Shown here: positions 12,302 to 24,182 of the stretch, in pieces
Layout: each line of letters begins with the position of its first letter
Position numbering within the stretch: the first letter of the stretch is position 1
Assembly (NCBI RefSeq): GCF_001194135.2
Contig: NC_068987.1
Span: 48,621,097 to 48,663,516 of the forward strand
Length of the DNA: 42,420 nt
DNA from: Octopus bimaculoides
Taxonomy: Eukaryota
Direction: 5' to 3'
Program-made: the position numbers and the translations under genes
The notes under the pieces: generated by a model
What the model was told of the DNA's origin: nothing
The model's input: only the letters and a program-made list of their open reading frames with translations
Database searches by the model: none

Positions 12302-12830
12302 GTATAATATGTCTATGAAGAGCAAATGTAGACTGAGATACAGGGGTCCTGGACAGATGGGCAGATAGAATTTCATGTTTGTTATTATAGATAAACAGCA
12401 AATATTCATAATGAAGTAACTTTTACTAATAATTATGCTTGTCGTACTCACTTTCATTCAAAGCTACTTAAAAATTTATTGTCCCTGGTGTTTTGAAATA
12501 AACTTATATCTTTCATTTATATTTATGTGTTAATTTGTTAATTTTATTGACTTGGAGAGAATCAGGTTAGGGTTAAAAGGAATAAAAAGGAAGAACTGAA
12601 TCCAGGTTAAAGTCATGGCTAGCTAGGTGTTTAGCGTTTTACTTCTCAGTGCTTGCTATTACATTAAATTAGTAATTTAATTATTATTGTTCAAGTAATT
12701 TTTGCTAAGATATTAGTTTATTGTAGTTTCCATCATTGTCAGTGGCAGTGGTGATAGTAGTGGTGGTGATGGTAGCAGCATTGGTGTTGATGGTAGCGGT
12801 GGTGTTGGTGGTAGTGGCATCATTGTCAGC

Positions 12831-13030
12831 ATTTTAACATCCACTTTTCTATACTTGCATGGGTTGGATGAAGTTTATTGAGGCAGATTTTCTACAGCCT
12901 GAAGTCTGTCATGTCACTAACTCTCACCTGTTTCCAAGCAAGGTAATATTTCCCCTTGTTCAGACAAGTTTTCGCAGAAGACTGAAAATGAATAACATTG
13001 TTCATTTTAGAACTATCATGCAATGTTGAG
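12831..13030 (-). mobile_element. Short repeat sharing the RTE-type 3' end (SINE-like)
   Basis: aacatccacttt...tgcatgggttggatg...gaggcagattttctacagc. A related copy is at 34945-35160. Confidence 0.55.
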
Positions 13031-13084
13031 ACAAGGAGAAACAAATATGCACACACTTGCACGCATGCACACATAAACACACAT

Positions 13085-13168
13085 GCAGAGACAGACAGAT
13101 GGACAGATGCACGGACACACAGATGCACGGATGGACGGACCCACAGACGGACAGACAGACAGATAAAC

Positions 13169-13211
<43 letters not shown>

Positions 13212-13225
13212 CAGACAGATAGATA
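13085..13225. repeat. (ACAG)/(ATAG)n tetranucleotide microsatellite at the Tx1 3' end
   Basis: Directly visible. Confidence 0.95.
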
Positions 13226-16200
13226 ACTTCCTTTATTAGCCACACAGGGCCGAACACAGAGGGGACAAATACAACGAAGAGTTTTTCTTTTCGAGGGGGG
13301 GGGCAAAAACAAAGCAAAAAATTTAAATAGGGACAATGATCAAAAGGGATCAAAATCGTTTGAGATATACAAAAGTTGAAATAGTACAAAAACAAAAAAA
13401 TGTAGTTTCCAAAAGTGGGGAGGTTTATCCGTGGGATGAAAGACCAACGAAAAAACCACGGTAAACTTGGGCAATAATGTCATGCAAAAGACACATTTAC
13501 AGTTAGTAACTCTCTTTTTCCTTTGTTTTTCTGATTCTTACACTCAAGGTAGCTCTGTCATTTACACGTGCCATTCTTGCTACATTCACCCATCTTTTAT
13601 TGAAGCATTCACTAAACAAAACTTCCCTCTCTACTCTCACCTTGCTTTTCAAGTGATACTTGAAGAAGTTGAGAGATTGACCAGAGAGGAAAGTGTTTGT
13701 GTCTAGGCCTTTCAGACACATCCACCAGACACATTCTTTTGATATAGCCACAACTACGATGAAAATGGCTCTTCCTTCCTGTTTGAAGGAAAGAGGTGCG
13801 ACAATATTGATGATAGACTGAGCTGATAAACCAACTCATCCCACACACGAGAGCAATTGTTCGACATAAGCCCACAGGTTGGAAATGGTTGGACACTGCA
13901 TGAGTGCATGCAGAATGGTTTCATCGCTCTGACCACATCTTGGGCAGGTCAGCCTGGTGTTTCTCAAGCCATGCATGCTTGTAGAGCTTCTCCAGACCAG
14001 GTAGTGCTTCTCGATAGCACTGCCAGGAAGTTGTCCATAGTTCCAAGCCCGAAAGTCATCTTGAACAGGCAGGTCAGGTATTCCTCATCAACACCGAGGT
14101 TCACCCTGAGATCATTGTTGTACCTCCCCTCCACTAATCCCCTATAGAATGCTTTGGTTGTGATGCAGTCGCTCAAGGTCGATGGCATAATAGCTTATTT
14201 GCCTTCCTCGGCGTCTTCTTGATCCACAACTGCAGTTCAGTCATGGAGATGAACTGCAGGAAAGCATGCCTCACAAATGGTGACCATACCTGTCCACTGT
14301 CATCTACGTAAAGCTGGAGATGTCTGCACATCATTAAACACAGCATGCCCAGTGATGTTGGAGGTGTTGGCAGCACACGAATTGCTTGACCATCGGAACA
14401 CTTCCTTTCCACAACAAGCGGAAGAGGATGCGTTCCAGTTTGGTGATGGTAGGGTCGGGACAAGGCATGACGGTCAGGTGGTAGTAGATGACAGACGCGA
14501 TATACGCGTTCGCCACCTCCGCCTGACCTTTTAGGAGCAGCTTCCTCTNNNNNNNNNNNNNNNNNNNNNNNNNNNNNNNNNNNNNNNNNNNNNNNNNNNN
14601 NNNNNNNNNNNNNNNNNNNNNNNNNNNNNTACCTTGTCCCAGTTCTTCTCCATTAGGCGGTCTGGACCAAACCAGACCCTGAGCAACTCGACCAGACTGT
14701 CCCAAGAAGGAGGCGCTGCTGGATGGCATGGGCTTGCTTCTCCAGGTGCCAACCCACAAGCCCACTGACATTTCCTGGTTGATTTTTGCTCCTGTTACCA
14801 CTTCATAGTCTTTTAGTCTCACCAACCAGACGCTATGACAATGATGTTGTCCACGTATGCGGACACATTCTTCCTGCATCCCAATTCTCGCAGGGTGCCC
14901 CTCAGTGTTGCCAGCTTCCACAGTAGAGGCCCGAGAGTCAATACGTACAGAAACAACAGGAGGGGGCATCCCTGATGGACCAAATGTGCAATGTCGAAAG
15001 GTCTCGATAGATGTCCATTCACGCGAATTACCGAATGGATGCCTCTGTACGAGGCAGCTATCCAGCTGCGGAGACTGGGACCGAAGACAGGACCAAAACC
15101 AGCTGCTATGAGAACAGTTCCAAGTATCAGTGGTCTACCCTATCAAAAGCTTTCGATTGATCCAAATTGATCAGGTCCCCACCCATGCCAGGTTCCTTAA
15201 CTACCCTGTCTATGATGTAGTGCATCAAATGGAGGTTGTCATGGATGCTCTGGCCCGGCATGGCGCACGTTTGCACCTTGTCGACCAGTTTCTTGATGAC
15301 AAGTGCCAACCTCTTGGCTAATACCTTGGACAAAATTTTCAAAACTGCATTGAGCAGAGTGATGGGCCTAAAGTTATCTATTATGTCCCGCTTGTTTGGA
15401 TCTTTCTTCAGCAGTGTTATGGCTCCTTGGCTCACAAAACCAGGGATGCTCCTGTTTTGCTGCCAGTTGCAATACACTGCTGCCAAGACATCTCCAAACA
15501 AGTCTGGCATACAACTGTAAAGCTCGTAGGGTAGACTGTCCAAACTCGGAGATTTGTCCCTCGAGCATTCTGCCATCGTGTCCCGCACTTCCACCGCTGT
15601 GATGGCACCTTCGCAGTGCTCTGTCTCTGTTGTTGAGAGTTGTGGCAGGCTGTGCAGGTAGGCACTGAAGTCCACCCTGCGTTCTCGCTAACCACTCATC
15701 CCGAACAGTCGGGAAAAATGCTGTTGAAAGGCCTCACACATTTTAATTGGCTCGAGTAATTCATGCCTCTGTTCATCTACCAGAGACCAAATGGTGGGTT
15801 TGTTACCCTGGTGCGCCCCCGTCATCCGGGCCTCTCGCATGACTCCAACACCTTCGTTCCTTAGAGCACGCATCCTAGCCCTGACAACACACCCTTCGTG
15901 TTTGGTGTTGAAGTGTTTGTTGATGGTCAACCTTGCTGCCAAAACATCGGCTGTGATGCCACTTCTAATCGCCTCTTTTAGCTTCTTAACTAGGTCACCC
16001 TCTACTCTGTTTCTATCTACGGTTAGTGCTTTGCTATACCTAATTGCTTCTGTTTTTATTGCTCTCTTGAGGGCAAACCACCATTTGTTGTTGATGATGG
16101 CTCCCGTCAAAGTCCTCTTTACTAGCGTGCTAATCCGGTCTCTGAAAACCTGTCTCGAAAGGAATAACACATTTAGTTTCCAGTAACCGGGACCCTGCCT

Positions 16201-16990
16201 ATGTGTCTTATCTAAGTCTAGTGTACACGTCACAAGTTTGTGATCCATATAGCTGACCATGTAGAATTGTGGACACCCTACGCTATCTCTATCTACTGTC
16301 CTACACAGCATCCTATCTAGATATGATCTCGACGACCCAATGCGGTTGCTCCATGTCCACATTGGCACATTCAGGTGGTCGAGTCAGTACCTGTCAGACA
16401 GTTGAAAGCATCTGAGCAGGTCTCTGAGGCATTTGCATCCCCGTCTATTCCTATCTCTACCCATGTAGTCTAGATACATGTTCAAGGTAGCATTCCAATC
16501 CCCCACTAAAAGTAAAGGATGAGACGTTTCTAGGAATACTTTTAGACGTCGAAAGAAATCCGGTCGACCTCTTAAAGCAGTGCATAGACTGATACGAGTC
16601 GAAAAGCGCACCCATTGCTGCCGTTGACATCCAGGACAACCAGTCTACCCTCCAAGTCTATGAATATTGTCTTTACTTTGAGATCCAGACTCTTCCGAAA
16701 AAGTACCACCGTGCCACTACCACCCATTCTCGGCAGACAGGGAAAAAAATAAATGTTAAACTGTCCGCCAAACATGGACTTTAGGGCCCATGGATTATGG
16801 AGCCTGGTCTCTCTTATGGCTATGATTTCTAATTCATGTGACTTTATGTCATTTAAGAGGTACCCTTGTTTCCAAGGGGACCCCAAGCCACGCACATTCA
16901 CACAGCCAACCTTGATCATAATCTTAATGATGTGTGTGTGTGTGAACACTAACAATAGGAACAGAGAGTCACTTACCGTTCGGAAGATTT
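13226..16990 (-). mobile_element. Tx1/L1-type LINE with near-complete but decayed ORF2
   Basis: EN: VGCVNVRGL, LVGDWNA, SYLDR, DHKLV. RT: DKSPSLDSLPYELY, NFRPITLLN, DQSKAFDRVDH, VHQGCPL, SAYVDNI. C-terminal knuckle ETILHALMQCP. AATAAA before the tail. Confidence 0.88.
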
Positions 16991-17474
16991 TTGTGTCTCC
17001 ACCTTTGGTTTTTCCTTGAGGAGATTACTATAAAGTTTTTTGGAAGAGTACTTCTGGCATCTTCCAATTGCATCGGGGTAAATGGATTTTAGTGTGTGGT
17101 GCATTTTTCATGTTGATGGCAGTGAGTATTGTGTGTGTGTTTGTTTTTGAGGTGTTTGTGCTGGTGTTGTGTGTGCTAGTGTTGGTGTTCAAAAAGTTTT
17201 CAGGGGTTGTGTATCTCCCTGCTTTGTTTGCGTTTGCATTTGGTTTGTTTCTTTTCTTGTTCCTCTTCCTCCTTCCTTTTCTGGCTATTTGCCATTCCTC
17301 ACTGCTTTTGTCTTCCAACGAAATTTCTGAGGAATCGGAAGCGGGTAGGGACATGTTGTAAGCTTCTATGTGCATTTGTGTAAGTGGTTGTGTTGTTGTT
17401 TTCATTGATGTTGGTTGTTGACTGCTTGTGTGTGGTGTATGTGCTGTAGGGGAAGGGGAATCAATTTTTGTATT

Positions 17475-17665
17475 GTCTTTTGGTTAGATAGATAGATGGA
17501 TGGAATTCTTTCAGATTCTGTCAACCAAATCCTTTCAAAAGGCTTTAGTTTGCCCTGATTGGCCAGGAGCTATAGTATAAAACACTTGTCCAGGGTGCCA
17601 CACAGTGGAACTGAATTCAAAACCATGTGGTAGGGAAGCAAATTTCTTAACCATATAGCCATATC
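17475..17665 (-). mobile_element. tRNA-derived SINE
   Basis: Minus strand TGGCTATATGG (A-box-like) and GAATTCAGTTCC (B-box-like). Related to the copies at 26857 and 35440. Confidence 0.7.
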
Positions 17666-17979
17666 TGCACAGGCATAGTTTATTATGTTTTTGTGCTGAA
17701 ATATTTTTTTTGTGTTTATAAAACTTAATAAATGATCATACAGTCATTACCTACTTGAAATATTGTTTACAATAGTGTTTTAATTTTCAATGGGGTATGC
17801 ATTTCTTGACCATCATAAATAACATCCAGTTAGATTTGTTTAGTCTGGGGCTGGTCCATGGCTACACAATCCATTTTTTTCATAAGTGCAATTCAGCGAT
17901 TTAGAGTATGTTTCACTGACTGGCTATTCATTGCCATGATAAAACTTTCCTACATATTATTTATTGCATAAGATAATTA

Positions 17980-18260
17980 ATTCCCAGACATAGTAATCAA
18001 GGATTGGAAAAAAAGAAAACATCTGCTTACTGATAGACATTGCCCTCCCTTCTGACCAAAATATTATCTAAAAAGAAGTGGAGAAATTGTCAAAGTACAA
18101 AAACTCAAAATTGAAATATTCAAGATGTGGGGCATGATGGTGAAAATAATACCAGTAATAATTAGACCATTGGGCATGATAAAAAGACATATGAACAAAA
18201 ACGTAAAAGTGATACCTGGATCCTCAATACTACACACTATCCCTTCTAGGAACAGTCCAC
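17980..18260 (+). mobile_element. Dong/R4-clade LINE fragment (restriction-like endonuclease)
   Basis: PDIVIKD...LLIDIALPSD...KLSKYK...MWGMMVKIIPVII (PD-(D/E)xK RLE). Confidence 0.75.
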
Positions 18261-19011
18261 ATCCTATACAATACACTATTAATTTAATGATACAACTTAA
18301 ACAAAACAATCCACAAACACAAGATACACTGTATACAAACAAATATCCAATGAAATAAACTACCACCAGCAAGCCGCATACTCAATATATTACAAACACA
18401 ACACATAATACAACCACTAATACAATAAAAGACTGTGCCACACCTCAAAAAAAAAAACCCAGAAAAGAAAAGAAACTGACACAATCACAATACCAGGAAG
18501 AGTTTGCACACTCCAAACAACAACAACAAAAAAACACATTGCTGCACACACCCCAGCAACACAGAGGTGTACCAGGTGATGTAGTAGAAATTTACCTAAA
18601 ACTACCAAATGTTGAACAATGATAATAATGATGATAGTGATGATTATGATGATAGATGCTTCCATTGATTTAAATGTATGAGTGTTTGAAGGAGAAGATT
18701 AACAAAAAAGTGGAGAGAGAGAGAGAGAGAGAAAGCAGCTTTAAAAAAAAAAAGAACAAAAGAAGCTACATCTACTTGCAATGGATGCCAGAATGTAATT
18801 TGAGTCCAGGCATGGATTTTGCTGTGCAGGTGCAATGAGAACACTGGTGATTTTGATTTTGCTCGGGATTGGGCAAATGTGTCTGTTAATTGCAGGATAT
18901 AGCTCTTAGATCAATTTGTATGGCATAAAATGTGCCATGATGCATGAAAACAATTTGAGTTGAAGAAAAAGAACAATAAAAGAATTATATCTTGCAATCA
19001 ATAACAATAAT

Positions 19012-20063
19012 AACGATGATTTTATTTGCCATTTGGGGCGAAGGTGTGTGTGTGTGGGGGGGACAATACAAAGACAGACACAAAGTGTGGGTGTTTACAT
19101 ACAATGTAAAGATAAAACAAATAAAGAAATAACAAAAAACAAAAGAGTAAGTGTACACAGTATACAATGAAAAGGAAGGGAAATTTACATAGTATACAAA
19201 GGTAAAAAAAAAGTTAGTGGGGTGATAGAGATGTAGTTCTCCTGATGCAGGATGACCTCTAGGGATAATCGAGGGACCCCACTGTCCAAAATCTCCCTGA
19301 ATATCAAGGGCTAGTATCCTCTCCAATTCCCTTTCTCTGATTCACAAGTCTACACTTAAAGAGGTACCATCCACTCTTACCATTTTCGCAACTTTCACAC
19401 ACCTTTCAGTAAACTCATTCGAGGATAGCGCTTCCCTCTCCACCCTCAATTACCTTTTCCAGGGAAACTTGAAGAAGTCAATGAGACCTCTACCAAAGAG
19501 GAATGTATTTGTCCTTATGCTTTCAAGCTTTGTCCACCAGACAACCTCTTTTGCCATAGCCATCAAGCAAAAGAAAACTGCCTTGCCTGCCTGATTAAAG
19601 GAGGGCAATGGAGCAGTCATCACTATAGACTCGGCCGATAGACAATCCGTTCCACATGTGACACCAGCTGTTTGACATAATCCCACAGGTCAGCAATGTC
19701 CAGACACCGAACAAGTGCATGCAGAACAGTTCCAGCACTCTGCACACTCCTTGGACAAGCTTGTCTGATAGCACATCCACACCTGTAGAGTTTATCTTGA
19801 ACNNNNNNNNNNCCCCCATTAACACAGCCAGGCCAAGGACATCTGGAAATTATCCATGATGGTTCCCGACTGCAAAATCCTGTGGAACAGACTAGCCAGT
19901 TTGTTTTCATTGATACCCAGAGTCTCCTCAAGAATATCATTGTATTTCCACACCAATAATCCTCTATAAATTGCTAAATGGGATCCATTGATCCCATTGC
20001 CTGACTGGTAGAGGGCTGTGAGCACCTGATGATATTCTAGGTGCTAGGCATCCAATTTTGGTC
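19012..20063 (-). mobile_element. 5'-truncated Tx1-type LINE
   Basis: Homologous to the 3' kb of the 13226 element (VLHALVRCLDIADLWDYVKQLV), with AATAAA and a (TTA)-rich tail. Confidence 0.8.
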
Positions 20064-20077
20064 TAATAATAATAATA

Positions 20078-20454
20078 ACAAGAGCACTCAGAAAGCGCAA
20101 ACCTTCACCAAGGTAACACCAATGTCCTCTCAATGATTAGCCAGAGATGATTTTTAAAATGAGAATATCTGAAATAAAATCAACTGCTCTCACAAATGAG
20201 AATACTAAAAATGAACCCAACCACTCTCAAAAATTAAGTAATAAAACCAGAAAAATAATCCAGAATCTTTGTCCGGTACTGGATCGATCCCCAAATCAAA
20301 TCAGTTTGTGCCAGTCACAAGGCCAAACATCTCTGAAAGTTTTATCTAAATTCATCTAGTAGTTCTTGAGATATCTTGTCCATGGACAAACAAACAAACA
20401 AACAAACAAACACAACTGAAAACAATACCTCTGCCTTTACTAAGGTGGAGGTAA
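20078..20454 (+). mobile_element. Non-autonomous Helentron-type element (HINE / pearl / DINE-1-like)
   Basis: 5' aacaagagcactcagaaagcgcaaaccttcaccaagg with a subterminal motif repeated in the 3' hairpin acctctgcc...ggtggaggt (20427-20452). Internal (CAAA)n. Sits in (TAA)n. Confidence 0.6.
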
Positions 20455-20475
20455 TAATAATAATAACAATAATAA

Positions 20476-21120
20476 TTAAGATGAAGTTTGGACACTCAAA
20501 ATGTGCTACGATGGTGATGGGATGAACAGAAGGTGTAAGGTTACCAAGTGGTGAAATGATGAAGGCAATTCAACCTCAATCCAGCTATAAATACCTGGGA
20601 ATACTCGAGGCAGATAGAATCAAACACAATGACATGAAGAAAAAAAAGACAAAAAGCAACTTCTGTTGTGGCTGCATGGAATTGATTGTGCAGTCTCTTC
20701 TTACGTAATTCTTCTTCATGCTCTTTTTGCTCTTCTTCCTTTGTTTTTCTTTTTTTCTCTGCTTTCAATACTTCCTGTTCCCCAACTGTCACAAGCAAGA
20801 TTTCCTTGCTTTGGGATAGGTATCTCATTAAGCTCTCGAATTCGATATGCATGTAGTCTTCCACACTTGTCAGTCCTCTTCCTCCATTTGCTCTCTTCAT
20901 GTATAGGTGATCGATGTCTGCACATGGACGATGGGCTCCATGCATCATTAGAAGCTTTCTTGACTTCCTATCCACCTCCTTTAGCTCCTCCTCTGCCCAC
21001 TTCAGGATTCCAGCATCATACCAAACTACTGCAACCGCACACGAGTTTATTGCTGAAATTATGTTTCTGGCATTTAGCTTTGAAGCCAATATTTTTATCA
21101 CTCACTGCAGGTACCCTCTT
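20476..21120. mobile_element. Dong/R4 LINE fragment with an internal inversion (20476-20650 plus, 20655-21120 minus)
   Basis: Plus part ends YKYLGILEADRIKHNDMKKKKTK. Minus part begins with the continuation YLQ*VIKILASKLNARNIISAIN...GGRGL. Confidence 0.75.
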
Positions 21121-21935
21121 TTTGTAATTCCTGGTGTTTTTGTTATGTATTTGTTTGAATATTTTTTTATCATACCTAAGGCACCTACTATGATACGAAT
21201 TGTTTCTGTTTTTAGATTCCACATTCAAGTTACTTCTATTTCCAGGTCTTTGTAGTTTGAAAGTTTCTCCATTTCTTTTAGAGAAACGTTGTCATCTGCT
21301 GGTATTGATACATCAATTAGAAAGCGTTTTTTCTTCATGATCTCTGACAACTATATCTGACCTATTAGCCTTAATTTCTCTATCTGTGTGTATTGGCATA
21401 TCCCATAGTATGGTTGCTTTCTCTTTTTTTGTGACCTTTTCTGGCGTGTGCTTATCCCATCTTTTTTCTGTTGTTATTCCATAGTGTTGGCATAGCTTCC
21501 AGTGTATATAGGTCCCAGCTCTGTCGTGTCTGTGAATATATTCCTTCTTANNNNNNNNNNNNNNNNNNGCAGTTACTTGTTATGTTTCTTTTCATTATAT
21601 GTTTTTGGTAATTTCTGGTGGGGAGGCTTTGGTCTTGTGCAGCAATTAAAAATCGTTCAGTCTCTGCTTTGAGTCCTGAGCTTCTCAACCATTGCTGGGA
21701 TTTTTCTCTATCTATTTCTTTTGCATTTAGTTTAGCCCAATATTTGCCATGAAGGGGCTTTTCTTGCCATCGTTTTATCATGGTCCGTTGCTGTTCTAGT
21801 TTTAGTTTGGATTTTATTTGTTTTATAGCTTTTGCTGTTTCTTCTTCATATTTGTTAAGTTTGTGGTTGTACCAATTTTTTGCTCTATCAAGTCCATATT
21901 GTTTCAACAGCACTTTGCTCAACTCTTTGGGAATA
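21110..21935 (-). mobile_element. Dong/R4 LINE 3' fragment
   Basis: QWLRSSGLKAETERFLIAAQDQ, HWKLC, RLE RPDIVVRD...IDVSIPADDN...KY. Nearly identical to 28625-29060. Confidence 0.85.
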
Positions 21936-21939
21936 GTAG

Positions 21940-22115
21940 AGAGCCAGATTGCAGAATGGACTTTATTTCCTACCTTGATGGACTGCTGTGTCTCTTGGTG
22001 ATGGAGTCAAAGCATTGCAAAAGGCCTATGACAGCTTCTGAAATACAGGAAGTGATGGCTAGCTGTATGAGGGATAAATTACCTGGTTTGGATGGTCTGT
22101 TCTGTGAGCTTTATG
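21940..22115 (+). mobile_element. Tx1-type RT fragment
   Basis: MDFISYLDGL...DKLPGLDGLFCELY, homologous to 15500-15675. Confidence 0.75.
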
Positions 22116-22479
22116 CTTACAGTTTTAAAAAATATCAGAATACAACAAAGTCATAATAACCAACTGTGAACAGCATTCTGTCGACCAAGTTTTGGTTCCC
22201 AATGTAGCAATGATAATGGAACATGATGTCAATGGCAGGCAAGTTGGAGCTCAAATAAATTTATTGAATTAAAATAATGGAATTTTATCCAGTTGCTTCT
22301 TAGAAAAGCTTTTCCCCACTCTCCTCTCAGGCAAAAAGAAGGCTGTTTCAACACTCATCAACAAAAACGAAGGTAAATAACTTTTTCTTATTTCTAATCT
22401 AAATGGCTACACTTAGAGTTGATTATGTATATGTTTGGGACCTGGGTTCAGTTTGGAAGCGGGATCACTTGCTCAACAG

Positions 22480-22830
22480 TCTTAGGTCACTTGATTTAGA
22501 TTTGGCCACCATTAATGAGGCAAGAATTTCTAGGAAGCATGCTCTAGCATCCATTTTTTACGGACTATGAGGTATTGTCATTTTGTAGTCCGTTTGGAGT
22601 GGGCAGCAGTGTAGCATTGCTATTCCAAAAATCCTTAGGTCTTAAAGTAAGTGCAATCTTCTTGGACCCAGATGGTAGGTTGGTGGTCCTAGATGTGAAT
22701 GGCAGCAAATAGACATGAATTGTATTTTGGGTGCCTGAAAGGACTGTGTGGAGCTAGTACATAGCAGAAAGGGCTGCAAAAACTTTAAAAACCTGCTCGG
22801 AAATTTCCAGCAGTCTGACAGCTATTGACT
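22480..22830 (+). mobile_element. Tx1-type endonuclease fragment
   Basis: KSLGLKVSAIFLDPDGRLVVLDVNGS and KGCKNFKNLLGNFQQSD, homologous to 16400-16850. Confidence 0.7.
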
Positions 22831-23099
22831 GGATTTCTGTGATGTGCCAGTGTGGACATGGAGCAACCACAACAGGTCATCCGAGTTCTTTTGTCGGGAC
22901 AATTATTTGTGTATCCAGATACATTTCTTACTACCCTGTCAAACCCTTTCTACTATTAAGTAAGAGTGAAGAATGAAACTTTGTAAATTAGAGCATCTAA
23001 AATAGAATGCACAGAGCTAGGTGTCTTTTTCAGAAACAAGATTAGAACTTCCCTCATAGACATAGGCAAGGTTTAAACTGACAAACAGTGGCCAGTACA

Positions 23100-23410
23100 G
23101 CCAGTTGTCACTTGTGAGTGGCTATGGATTGGTAACACATACCATACTTTTGATAACTGTTTTAGATGCTTATGTAGTTGTGAGCAGACACAGACATCCT
23201 CTTAGTCCTCAGTGGCATATCTACAATCTGCAGGGAGACAGAACTACACAAGAACCCACTGAATTGTTCTCATTTACAGTTGAATAAACTGAAGTAATGT
23301 GTAATAAATACCTTGCTCAAGGACAATGAATTACCCAGCCCAAGAATTGAATTGAACCCAGACCTTATGATTGTGAGCCAAACGTTTAACCACTTGACTA
23401 CATGCATTCA
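23100..23410 (-). mobile_element. Decayed tRNA-derived SINE
   Basis: cttgctcaagga...gaattgaacccagacc...ttaaccact is the reverse complement of a tRNA-type SINE head. Confidence 0.45.
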
Positions 23411-24015
23411 TAGTGATCAGTAGTCAATCACCTTAGTCTGATAGGTATTGTGCTTGATAATAACTACACATATGTATGTGAATATACCTAGATTGAATAG
23501 AATACAAGTAGACTGGTGACAGTCTGTGCTGGGAAGCCTTGTATTATTTGGAAAAAGTGACAGAAAGAGTAAAGCAAAATTGCTGTAGGAAGTGGAGTTT
23601 CTAACGTTTTGTTTATGGTTAATATGACTGAAGGGTAAAAAGTAAAAGATACTTGACTTTTACATCCTCTATGTTTGAGTATCTGGTTGCAACTGATAGA
23701 GAATATAGAACAATGTGAGCTCCGTACATAGACAGGAAGTAACCGGTGGGAGAAACTAGATGAGTGAGGGAGAAGGAAAGGGGAATGAAAACAGAAAGAG
23801 ATGCTGGCGAGGGTGAGATAGAGGGAAACTAACTTCATGCTCATGGTTGTTCATCAAATTTAATGACACTAATCTTCTCTATCAATTGTCTCTTTCAGTT
23901 ATGAATACTGTTACAGTTATGAATTCCTTCACAGCTGTACTTCTTAAAGAACAGCAACAATGGTGGAGGTAGCTATTTGGGTAAACAAAATTCATGACTG
24001 TCACTGTATGCCCTC

Positions 24016-24182
24016 ATGAATGAAAAAATTATGTAAGTGATGATATTTCATTTCTGCGGATATGAACAATACCTAACCAATGTAATCCCAAAGACTACCT
24101 TTGAAGATCGAAAATTCATGATTCATATTGAAGGGAAAGGTACCTGATACCTGTGAAACATAGCTGTATAGTGGTTGTGGAG
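24016..24182 (+). pseudogene. Possible disabled first coding exon of a second UPF0489-like paralog
   Basis: MNEKIM*VMIFHFCGYEQYLTNVIPKTTFEDRKFMIHIEGKG, then IPVKHSCIVVVE after removing a 5-nt TACCT duplication. IVVVE resembles the VVVE(E/D)H start of the UPF0489 domain. The remaining similarity is from memory only. Confidence 0.35.
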
